Below, in pieces: positions 36,081-47,700 of a stretch of DNA of 64,000 nt. The number at the start of each line of letters is the position of its first letter. Position 1 is the stretch's first letter. Both the position numbers and the translations under genes were made by a program. The notes under the pieces were generated by a model. That model had not been told where the DNA came from. It made no database searches and saw only the letters and a program-made list of their open reading frames with translations. The stretch lies in the NCBI GenBank assembly GCA_043228905.1, contig JBHGNT010000014.1, positions 18,414,001-18,478,000 on the forward strand, written 5' to 3'. Source of the DNA: Azolla caroliniana. Taxonomy: Eukaryota; Plantae; Polypodiophyta.

Positions 36081-37401
36081 TGTCATGAAGACATACATCT
36101 TGGCTTATCATGACATTGATCTAGTTGGCGAACCAGGAATCGAACCCATAACCTCTTGGTTTACATATTGTACTTTAACCATTGTAATAACATATGTGAG
36201 ATGTAATCATAATAATTATATGTTTAGTTATTACGAGATATTTAGAACATTCTAGATTATTCTAGAATGTTCTTGAATATTTCATGATTATATTTATTAT
36301 TATTATTATTCATAAATATCTAAAATATTCTAGAACATTCTAGAATACTCCATAAGGGCCTATAAATAAGAGTCCATACACTCATCACAACTCATTCGGT
36401 TCAAACTGTCGTGACTCTTGAGTAGGAAGCAGAGAGAGAGCGATGGCGATAGAGATAACGATAACGATAGAGATGGCGAGAGCATGTGACATTTCGTCTT
36501 GATCTTCCTCCTCATATGCGTCTTCACCCGGTCTTCCATGTTTCACTTTTGGAGCCCTACACAACGAGCTCTATTCCGGGTCGTGTTACACCTCCCCCAC
36601 CTCCAATTGACGTTTCCAATGGCTCTGAATATGAGGTTGCCGCTATCCTCGACTCCAAGATCATTCGCAACAAACTATACTACTTGGTTGATTGGTTAGG
36701 CTATACACCTAATGATCGAACATGGGAGCCTGCCGAACATCTTGCCAATGCCTCCGATATGGTTGTTGCATTTCACAACCAATATCCTCATAAACCAAGT
36801 CTGAACTCTTTTCTTCCGACTCGTGCAACTCGTCATCGAAAAGGGGGGATAATGTCATGAAGACATACATCTTGGCTTATCATGACATTGATCTTGGCGA
36901 ACCAGGAATCGAACCCATAACCTCTTGGTTTACATATTGTACTTTAACCATTGTAATAACATATGTGAGATGTAATCATAATAATTATATGTTTAGTTAT
37001 TACGAGATATTTAGAACATTCTAGATTATTCTAGAATGTTCTTGAATATTTCATGATTATATTTATTATTATTATTATTCATAAATATCTAAAATATTCT
37101 AGAACATTCTAGAATACTCCATAAGGGCCTATAAATAAGAGTCCATACACTCATCACAACTCATTCGGTTCAACACCAGTCTTTAGCCCTTAGCCTACTC
37201 CTTGTAATCTTCTTTCTCATAATATAATCGCATTCCCATTTCTTATCTCTCACTTATACTTTTCTCTCTCTCGCACTCTCTCCCTCTTTCACTCTCTTTT
37301 GCTATCACTATCGCTATCTCTACCGCTCTCGCCATCTCTATCATTATCGTTATCTCTATCGCCATCGCTCTCTCTCTGCTTCCTACTCAAGAGTCACGAC
37401 A
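36081..37401 (+). mobile_element. Rearranged chromovirus (Tcn1-like) remnant: partial LTR 36081-36406, inverted LTR end 36407-36483, integrase tail plus chromodomain 36484-36850, PPT, full LTR 36853-37401
   Basis: 5-bp TSD GACCC (36076-36080 and 37402-37406). LHPVFHVSLLEP followed by EYEVAAILDSK...YYLVDWLGY...RTWEPAEHL (group I chromodomain). PPT aaaggggggataa; TG...CA LTR ends. Confidence 0.92.
36244..36368 (+). promoter_or_regulatory. Two heat-shock-element arrays plus TATA box in the chromovirus LTR (second copy 37013-37137)
   Basis: GAAcaTTCtaGATtaTTCtaGAAtgTTCttGAA (36245-36277) and TTCtaGAAcaTTCtaGAA (36328-36345) follow the alternating nGAAn/nTTCn 5-bp phase. TATAAATA at 36361. Confidence 0.75.
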
Positions 37402-37426
37402 GACCCTGTGTTAGGTCCATTACCGG

Positions 37427-37493
37427 TGTCGCGTTGTTACGTGCGTGCGTGTAGAAAGGGGTGGGACCACAGGGGTCTTGAACCGAGGTGCGA

Positions 37494-37530
<37 letters not shown>

Positions 37531-40500
37531 AGATACGCGGAGCGAGAAGGTGAGATATGGAACGTAACACTTGATTTCAGTAACAAGAGATTACAATAAC
37601 AAGAGATTACAATAACAAGAGGTTAGAATAACAAGAGAATACAAGCACAAGAGAATACGACTCTGAGAGTTACAACCGACAAGGCAGCGATGGACCTGAC
37701 ACGGGGATCCTACTCACACACACAGACAGCACACGCTCGACTCCCAAAAACAAAACAAAGGGGGAGAGCCTCTACTGGAAGCGCACGGGCTGTCCACGAA
37801 GTAGAGGCGGCGAACTCCCGACCCACAGAGACCGACCACTGGAGGAGAAGAGAGAGCTCGCACTCAGATCTGCAACAACACTTCCTCCTCCCTAGCGCAC
37901 GATACCCTTTCTCCCCTCTCTCTTCTCCTTTTTATTCCCATCCTCCTGTCAATTCGCTTTATTCCCTGTCCCTCCCTGACAGAGATAGGCACAATCCCCT
38001 AATAAATGCGTGCTGCTTAGTATTTACATCCACCGATCCATTTATGAAGCGTGTACAAAATATCAAGTCACGTGTCCATCCTTGTAAGAGCCGGTTTATG
38101 CGCTTTCTCTTTGATTTCGCCTATGGCCGGTTTTCTTTACGACATCCACCCCCACCAAACTGCGCATCCACCGGTATGCCCCAGAGACGGGTAGATACCG
38201 AAGAAACCTGGCCTCACTCGTTGCTCTCTGATTCTCCACTGGACCCGAACTGATCGTCGTTGTCGCTCCTGCTCGCAGGCTCCGGCTCGTCTTCGAACCG
38301 CTTTTTGAACTCTTTGATCCGCTTTCCGGCCACCGGCACCGCTAACCGTGTCCCGTCGAGTTCCGCGAGGTGGTACGTGCTGTTGTCGTTTGCGCTCATC
38401 ACCGTGTAGGGCCCGAACCATCTCCTAGCAAACTTTCGCACCACCTTATGCTGATTGTCGAGGCTGCTATCCTATACCAAGACCCATTCGCCTTCCTCGA
38501 TCTTCTTTGGTCGCAACCGGTGCGTCCGGTTGAACCAGGTCCTGTTCCGCTCCCTTGCCGCTTGCAACTTTTTCTTCGCCTGCATCACGTCCTCCGGCCT
38601 CCGCTCGAGTTGCCAAATCCGCGCCGCCAGCCACTCCTCCCGCCTCATTTCATCCTTCCTATCTACCGTCGCCCATGAAGAAACTGTTCGTTCCACCGGC
38701 ATGATCGGCTTCTGTCCGTACATCAGCTTTGCCGGCATAAACCCTGTCACCGAACTGTGCGTAGTTCGGTCCGCCCATAGTGCATAAGGAAGGAGTCATG
38801 GCCAATTCCTGACCTGTCCTCCGCATGCACGCACCAACGCCTTTACGATCGGCCCATGCCCACGTTCCACGTTTCCGTTTGCCTCCGGATTGTACGCCGT
38901 GGTGAGGGAGAGTTTGACGCCTAGCCGATCGAACAACTCCTCAGCCTCCCGCGCATCAAGCTCTCCCCGGTCCGCCACGATCCTCCCGACGCACCCGTAC
39001 CGACACACCACTTCTTCGATCAGGAACCGGCATACCGCCGCGGTTGTCTTGCTTTGCAATGCACGACCTTCCACCTGGTTCGTTAAGTCTTCCCGTGCAA
39101 GCACCAGGTATCGCATCTATCCTATCCCCATCGGCATCGTCACCAAGTCTACCATCCACTTGAAATGGACCGTAGGAGGGTAGGTCGGGCGTAGCTCGTC
39201 CCGGTGTCGGACTACGGAGTGCATCTGACAGCTTTCGCAAGTTGTTACGAACCGATGCACGTCTTGGTACAACCCCAGCCACCAGTAGTTCTCCTTCAGC
39301 TTCTTGAACGTAGCCCACGTTCCACGGTGTCCGGCCCAGGGGCTCTCGTGAAATGCCATAAGTAGTCCCCCCTGTTCTTCTTTCTTTGCCACTACTCGGA
39401 GTGGGATGCCGCTTCTCTTCTTTGGGTGCCTCCATATGCACCCGTCCCACAGGAAGAATCGGTACGCCTTCTTCCGTATCCGGCTCGCCTCCTTTCTCGC
39501 CCATGCTACGTCCGGCGCCATCGTCCGTAGGAACCTCCCGATTTGGAACCACTCCCTGTCGTACTTGCTTTCGTCAAATTCGTTAAGCGCTGGAGTGTTC
39601 CCTTCCCTCGTCGTTACGTTAGCCGACCCGAAGAAGTCCTCGCCGACTTCTTCGTCATCCGAAACCATGCCGTCTTTGTCGTTGAACCTTGCCCTCGAAA
39701 GCATGTCGGCCATGGCGTTTTCCTTTCCGGAGATGTGCCGTATCTCCGGGTTCAGGGACCTAATGTACGCTATCCACCGGAGCATTGCTAGGTTCGGCAT
39801 CGCACATCCAGAAACCATGCTGAGTATCGGCATGCAGTCCATCTCGATGATCACCTCCGTCCCGATCAGATAATCCTTGTCGGCCTTGACTTCCGAAATG
39901 ACACCCCAAAGTTTGCACTTAACTTGGGCGTATCCTCGCTGCCGCTTGCTCAATACCTTCGCCCCGAACCGGATCGGGAATCTTACGCCGTCCTTGTCCT
40001 TCTGACTGATTACCCACCTGATCCCGGTCGGGCTGGTGTCCACCGTCACGCAGATGGGAACATCCTTGCCGTAAACCGCTTTACGGAGATCCGGTGCTAC
40101 CATAAGCGCCTCCTTTAGTCTCCATACGGACTCCGTGTGCTCCGTTCTCCACTCAAAGCTACGCCCCTTTTTCAATAGTCCGTAGAGGGGTTCCGCGACA
40201 TGTGCGTAGTGCGGGATCCAGATGTGGTAGAACACGCATGCTCCCAAGAATCTGCGGACCTCCGTGACCGAATTGCAGTCATGCTTCATCGCGGAGATGG
40301 CTTCTACCTTGGCTGGAGACGGTTTCCGACCGTATGGTCCGCACAGGTGCCTGACGACCATGATCTCTGATTGCCCGAAGGCCGACTTTTCCCCGGAGAA
40401 AGTGAGCCTCGCGCCTTCTAATCTCTGTAATACCTTCTCGCAGTCATCGATGTGGGACACCACGAAATTCCGACATCCGTCCGGCCCGATTGCCTCGTCC

Positions 40501-43500
40501 TTTTTCTCCACCGGGCATCCCCTGATCGGGATGTCTTCTAAGAATGGCATGGTGATGTCCGGGATACAATCCCTGAGCATCTTGTTCATCGCGTTCACCA
40601 TGTGAGCTACTGAGTTCGTCCCTCCTTGTGGCAGGGTACACATCCGCACTAGGCCGAGAGGAGTCCGCATCGTCGTAAGGTCTCTGCTCTTTACGACTAG
40701 TTGGAACTGATCGTACCACAAGTACAAATCACCGACAGAATAGATCGACCTTCCAGCGAAGGCCTCCGCGAACTCGTCATTGGTCGGTCCGATTCCTGCA
40801 TTACGGATGGTCACCTTGTTGACCGGTTCCAGGTCCTGAATGAAGCACAGTGTGCCGTTCTTCTTCGGCACCGTAAACCACCGTTTCGAATACGGGGCAC
40901 TCGACGGTTCAAGGATGCCCATCTCCACCTTTTGCTTCAGGAGCTCCATCAACTTTGGGATGTGAGCTCTCGGCACCGTAATCGGCTTGAGGTTCCACGG
41001 TACATGCGATACCGTGAAGATCACCATCGGTTTGACAACAGTCGGGTCTACGCACCCGATTTCCTCCGGTGAGAATGCGAAAGCCTTCCCGTGCCTCCCG
41101 AGCATTCTCCGAAACCAGTCCTCCTCCGCCGGCAGTAGAAAGCCGCCCCCACCGATCTTGAGCTCCCGTAGCGTTATGTCGGTGAACTGGTGCCCTATGC
41201 CAGCCGGATTCCGTAAACTTGGGTCCGACGCGACCCCTTTTATCCGCTTCTCGCTGCCCTCCGTCAAGGGTGCCGCGACTGGCCTCACCTTCCGGTCCAC
41301 AGTCTTGTACTTTGTATCCATGCGGGTCATCCAATCCGACCCGATCCTTTCCCCGAAGTCCGCGATGACTTCGTACATTCCCATTGACCCTACCGGAACA
41401 ATCCGTTCTTCTCTAAGGTCTTCACTGATCACCTTTCGCAGTTCGCCTAAGGTGTCGTCAAAAGAGATTGCCTCCACGGCGCCGTTGATGTCTTCGTCGT
41501 TGAAGAGGACTCCGCAACCCCTAAGCCGCTCCTCCGCTCACTTCCTCTCCCGGCCACTGACGCCGGTCATAGTACAACCTCCGTTGTCGGAGAACCAAAA
41601 TTTCCTACCTATGGTACAGGTCTTCTTTCGTACTGTACATTTGTGGGGTTCTTCTCGGGTGTCCGGACTATTGCGGCCCCACGCCTTGATAGCCCTCTCT
41701 AAAAATCCCCTTGGGTTTCGCCGCCGAGGGCCTCGTGGTTACGCTCATGGTTTGGTCGCACCGTTAGGAACTAGACCGAGTGACGCCCGTCCCGGCTCTT
41801 GACTCTTGCATACGCTGAACCGTTGTCCAGCACCTTGGTCTCCATCCGTGCCGCCGTGATATATGGCTCTCCTAGTATAACCGGATGCAAGGACGTCTCC
41901 TACACGAAGAAGTGTTGGTCGATCTCGACATCGCCGATTTTCACTCGTACGTTTGGACAAGCCCCATGTAGTTCTTCCGTGGCACGCGTCGTTGCCTATA
42001 TCTTCCAGCCGTGCTTGGTGTTGATCGGCCATTTACCCTTCTTGTAGAAATCCATGGACATCAGGTTGATTTCGGATCCATGGTCTACCAACGCCATCAC
42101 CGGTTCCAGAACGTTGCTGATCCGTACAGGGGTTTTCGTTGTTGCCCTGGCCCAATGCGGCTTCGTGTAGTGGCTTCCCGCCAGCTCGTCTTCTAGGGCT
42201 TCGGCTTCCAGGTGCGTGGTCCGCACCTCCACCGGCTTCTCCGGATCTGGCTCCGTCGAGAGACTTTTCTGCTTCACCAAGTCTACAATAGAGTCGTGGA
42301 ACTCCCTCTTGGCGATTCCCAGCACCTCTCGCAATGACAGCTCCACTTTGTTGTCGAGGATACGTTCCTCCAGGACCTTTTGCAGGTCTGTGGTTCTTTC
42401 GATCTCGGTGCTCAACCGAAACCCCGCCTGCTTCTTCCCGTCCGGCGCACCTGGGTTGCCGGCACCGGTCAGTTTCGGTCCGAACCGGGTCTCATACCTC
42501 TCCGGGGGCCCAATCCCTCCGGCCTTTCTTGCCCGTTTGTTCTCCACCAGAACCTCGTAGTTCTAGCAAGCGGCTTCTATGAAGCCCGTTTTCTCTTCGA
42601 CCGGATCGTCCCAACCGGTGACCTCCTGGACCCGCTGTTCCACGTGGTCCGCCTCTTCCTTCTTCAGCCGAACTCCGGAGAGGCCTTCTAGCACTAGCGG
42701 CCAGAATCTGGAGTCCTTCGCCTTCCGAGACTAATCACCCCCGACCCGAATTCCCGCCGACACCGAGTAGTTGACGGCTTCGACGTGCCGTGCCGCGGCC
42801 TCTTCCATCAACCTCTTCATTCCACTGCGCCCGTATTCAGTTCTAGGGCTCTTCGGGTCTCGCTCGCGTGAACCCGCCCGTTCCAGAGGTACACCACGTT
42901 GGTCCTGAGCGCGTCGGCGAAATCCACGCAATCCTTTCGAATGTGACCGATCGCGTCACACCACATGCACCTCTGCCCAGCCGGCGGCCTCCGGTCGCGA
43001 GGTTGTTCGCCGCTGTCTCTCCGGGCCTGTGCGATCTGCAGGTCACGCACCATCTGCGTCAACTCTTCCAGAGCCGCTCCTCTAGATGGGCCTCTGACCA
43101 CGTCGTTCGATGCCGCCCCCGAGTCTGGCCAGATTCGGGTCTCTTCCTTCCTACTGGCCGGCACCGATACCGGCTCCTCGAGCCTCCTCCCCGGGACCGG
43201 CCCCGACCCTGACGAGCTTCCGTCGCTCCAATCGCGCCGTTTGTCGAAACGGCTGTAGACCCGTTTTACCACGGCCCAGTCTGCCATGAGCCCTTCGTCT
43301 GTTTCCAATAGGGGACCCACCTTTTCCCTGTCGAGCGCGTCGACCGACTTGACAAACAATAGTACTCGACTTGTTTCGAGCACCGTCTGGTCCAGCGTCG
43401 ACAGCCACGCGAACCGTTTTTCGAACTCCTAGAGGAGCACCGACGTGTTCCTCCCCTTCCCGGGGCTTTCCACCCACGCCATGAAGTCCCGCCTCGACAA

Positions 43501-43940
43501 CCGAAGCGAGTCGTCAAACCCGTACTTCTCGAGGAGCTGCAGCTCGAACTCCTCCCAAATCTGGCATCTGGCCAACACCTCGAGCACCTCCGCGTGGATG
43601 CCCGGCGTCATCACCCGAGGGAATCCGGACAGCCACCTGTCCACCGGGATATCCCTCATGATCATTTTGGCCCGGTAAGCCTCCAAATAACTTGTGGCGT
43701 CTTTCCCTCCAAAGCGGCCTATAGAGCCGACGATCGATTCAATGGCTCTGTCGAGGGTACCCGTCCCTTCACGAGCGCTCACCAGCCGATCGACAACCAC
43801 CGCCATTGCCTCTGCTAGCTCCGATCCCCTCATCTTTGGACTCCTCTGCCACCCCGTTCACATCGGGTTCACCAAATATGTCGCGTTGTTACGCGCGTGC
43901 GTGTAGAAAGGGGCGGGACCACGGGGGTCTTGAACCGAGG

Positions 43941-43977
<37 letters not shown>

Positions 43978-44576
43978 CAGATACGCGGAGCGAGAAGGCG
44001 AGATATGGAACGTAACACTTGATTTCAGTAACAAGAGATTACAATAACAAGAGGTTAGAATAACAAGAGAATACAAGAACAAGAGAATACGACTCTGAGA
44101 GTTACAACCGACAAGGCGGCGATGGACCCGACACGGGGATCCTACTCACACACACAGACAGCACACGCTCGACTCCCAGAAACAAAACAAAGGGGGACAA
44201 CCTCTGCTGGAAGCGCACGGGCTGTCCACGAAGTAGAGGCGGCGAACTCCCGACCCACAGAAACCGACCACCGGAGGAGAAGAGAGAGCTCGCACTCAGA
44301 TCTGCAGCAACACTTCCTCCTCCCTAGTGCGCGATACCCTTTCTCCCCTCTCTCTTCTCCTCTTTATTCCCATCCTCCTATCAATTCGCTTTATTCCCTG
44401 TCCCCCCCTGACAGAGATACGCACAATCCCCTAATAAATGTGTGCTGCTTAGTATTTACATCCACCGATCCATTTATGAAGCGTGTACAAAATATCAAGT
44501 CACGCGTCCATCCGTGTAAGAGCCGGTTTATGCGCTTTCTCTCCGATTTCGCCTATGGCCGGTTTTCTTCACGACA
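37427..44576 (-). mobile_element. Element C: full-length Ty3/gypsy, same lineage as B, minus strand (5' LTR 43879-44576, 3' LTR 37427-38144)
   Basis: 4-bp TSD CCGG (37423-37426 and 44577-44580), tRNA-Trp PBS 43857-43874, 786-aa RT-RH-INT ORF 39117-41477, and gag/PR ORF fragments with stops. Confidence 0.96.
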
Positions 44577-44742
44577 CCGGTTTGCCGGTTGTAACCGTTC
44601 GAGTGGTAAGCTACTGATTATAGTAATCAGATTCCTGTTTCTTGATTTTCTTTTCTTTCTGTGTGTCTGCAACTCTCTCTTTCTCTCCCACTCTCTCCTT
44701 GGTCCAAGACCCCCGTGGTCCCGCCTCTTCCTACACGCACGC

Positions 44743-47700
44743 TGTCGTGAAGAAAACCGGCCATAAGCGGAATCAGAGAGAAAGCGCGTAAACCAGCCCT
44801 TACACGGATGGACGCGTGACTTGACATTTTGTACACGAACCGGTGGATTTAAATACTAAGCCGCACGCATTTATTAAAGGGGGATTGTGCGTATCCCGGT
44901 CAGAGGGACAAGGAATAAAGGGAAGAGGACAAGGGAAAACGGGCATCGAGCGCGAGGAGGAGGAGGGAGGTTTTGCTGCAGAACGGAAGGCGGAGCTCTC
45001 TCTCTTGGACTCGAATCGTCGCTCTTTGCGGGTGTCGGAAGGTCGCTGCCTCTGCTTCGTGGACAACCCGTGTGCTTCCAGAAGAGTCGCTCCCCTTCCC
45101 CTTTTGTTTCTTTGAGTCAGTGACTGTCGTCGGTGTGCGTGAGTAGGGTCCCCGTGTCGGGCCCATCGCCGCTTTGTCGGTTGTAACTGGCGGAGTTTGT
45201 AATCTCTGTCATTATAATTAAGTGTTACGTTCTGTTTCTCTCTTTCTCACTTCTACGTGTCGGTGAATCTCTCTCTCTCTCTGTCTCTCTCGCTCTCTCT
45301 GTCTCGCTCCTCAGTCCAAGACCCCCGTGGTCCCGCCCCTTTCTACACGTACGCTCGTAACAACGCGATATCTTTGGTGAACCCGACGTGAAAGGGCGGC
45401 AAAGGAGTCGAAAGATGAGGGGATCAGAGCTAGCAGAGGCAATGGCGGTGGCCGTCGACCGGCTGGTGAGCGCTCGTGAGAGAACGGGTACCCTCGACAG
45501 AGCCATTGAATCGATCGTCGGCTCTATAGGCCGTTTCGGAGGGAAAGACGCCACAAGTTATTTGGAGGCTTACCGGGCCGAAATGATCATGAGGGATATC
45601 CCGGTAGACAAGCGGCTGTCCGGATTCCCTCGGGTGGTGATGCCGGGCATCCATCCGGAGGTGCTCGAGGTGCTGGCCGGATGCCAGACTTGGGAGGAGT
45701 TCGAGCTGCAGCTCCTCGAGAAGTACGGGTTTGACGACTCGCTCCGGCTGTCGAGGCGGGACTTCATGGCGTGGGTGGAAAGCCTCGGAAAAGGGAGGAA
45801 CACGTCGGCGCTCCTACACGAGTTCGAAAAACGGTTCGCGCAGCTGTCGACGCTGGACCGGACGGTGCTCGAAACAAGTCGAGTACTGCTGTTTGTCAAG
45901 TCGGTGGATGCGCTTGACAGGGAAAAGGTGGGGCCCCTATTGGAAACGGACGAAGGGCTCACGACGGACTGGGCCGTGGTAAAACGGGTCTGCAGCTGTT
46001 TCGACAAACGACGCGATTGGAGCGACGGAAGCACGTCGGGGTTGGGGCCGGTCCCAGGGAGGAGGCTCGAGGAGCCGGTTTCGGTGCCGGCTGGGAGGAA
46101 GGAAGAGACCTGAATCTGGCCGGAGTCGGGGTCGGCATCGAATGACGTGGTCAAAGGCCCATCTGGAGGAGCGGCTTTGGAGGAGCTAACACAGATGGTG
46201 CGCGACCTACAGATCGCACAAGCCTGAAGAGACAACGGTGAACACCCTCGCGACTGGAGGCCACCGGCTGGGCAGCGGTGCATGTGGTGTGACGCGATCG
46301 GTCACATTCGGAAGGACTGCGTGGATTTCGCCGACGTGCTCAGAACCAATATGGTGTACCTCTGGAACGGGTGGGTGCACGCAAGCGAGACTCGGAGAGC
46401 CCTGGAACTGAATACGGGGCGCGGCGGAATGAAGAGGTTGATGGAAGAGGCCGCGGCATGGCACGTGGAAGCCGTTAACTACTCAGTGTCGGCGGGAATT
46501 TGGGTCGGGGGTGATGAGACCCGGAAGGCGAAGGACCCTGGATTCTAGAAGGCGAAGGACCCCGCTAGTGCTAGAAGGCCTCTCTGGAGTTCGGCTGAGG
46601 AAGGAAGAGGCGGACCGCTGTCGTGAAGAAAACCGTCCCTTCGCGCAATTGGTGCATAGCGTGTGTGAACCGGCTCTTCACGCCTGCGTGCCATTTAATG
46701 TATATAATAGGGAATTAGGTACATAGGTATATCTGGGTAGTTAGATTCGGTAGGTAGGAAGTAAATGAGGGAGACGGCTCCCTTCTTGAAGCTATAAAAG
46801 AAAGGGAGACGCGGGGAGAAGGGGATCGCGCATTGAGGAGGACGAAGTGCTGTCGGACCGTAACCGAACGCTTCTCCTCTGTTTGTTCCCCATCGCTCTT
46901 CTCTGCAGGTTTTCGGGAGGCTCGCGCTGCTTCGAGGAACGCCCGTGTGCTTCCGGCAGCACCTCCATCCTTTTCCCCTTTCGTGCGCAGACGAACAGGC
47001 ATCGGCATCTGTTCACCGGCCTGTTCGGTTGTAACCGCTCGTGTGCTCTGTTGTGTATCTGTTATTCGTTAATATACAAACTTTTGTGTCTCTCTGTCTT
47101 TGTGTCCATTCATGTTTTCTGTGTTGACGGGCCGTGTCCCTGTGTTTCTTTGCTCATACGTAACCGGTCGTCTCTCTCTTTCTCTTTCCCCTCCTATCAC
47201 CTGCTCTTCGGTTCAAGACCCCGGTGGTCCCGCCTCGTTTCTCCACGCACGTGCGTAGTAACGCGATATATTTGGTGAACCCGACGTGAACAAGGCGGCA
47301 GAGGAGCAGAAGATGAGGGGGTCGATCTTGCAGAGGCCATGGCTTCGGCCGTGGACCGGATAGTGAGCGCGCGCGAGGGCACCGGCGCCCTTGACAGGGC
47401 TATTGAGGCGATCGTCGGTATGATCGGCCGGTTCAGTGGAAAGGATGCCACGAGTTATTTGGCGTCCTACCGGGCGGAGATGTTGATGAGGGATATTCCG
47501 GAAGAGAGGCGTCTTGCCGGATTCCCTCGAGTGGCGATGCCGAGCATCCATGCGGAGGTGCTCGAGGTCCGGGCGGAGAGCCGGATCTGGGAGGAGTTCG
47601 AAGGACGGCTCCTGGAGAAATACGGGCTGGATGACGCGCTTCGACTTTTGAAGCGGGGCTTCATGGAGTGGGTGGAGTCCCCCGACAAAGGAAGAAATGC

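Larger units (their letters stand above)
29429..44742 (+). mobile_element. Element B: Ty3/gypsy LTR retrotransposon (5' LTR 29429-30047, PBS 30052-30069, gag-PR about 30092-32230, RT-RH-INT to about 35590); 3' LTR from 35660 split by three insertions
   Basis: CCHC CMWCDAIGHIRKDC, protease ALVDHGSEINLM, RT DLYSGYDQ...PFLDDIPI, RNase H VTVDTS/ADMLSR, integrase AYNPEVNGKVERGH, polypurine tract (PPT) ggtgggggtgga. Several stops and frameshifts. 3' LTR pieces at 35660-36080, 37402-37426 and 44577-44742. Confidence 0.95.

Noticed and set aside
36126-36192. Functional tRNA gene
   Set aside because: It lacks intact acceptor and anticodon stems and lies within an LTR; reported only as a tRNA-like segment.
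37422-44580. 5-bp TSD reading (ACCGG for C, ACCGC for E)
   Set aside because: The extra A is the terminal base of the LTR, as shown by the partner LTR, and F restores its host frame with a 4-bp duplication.
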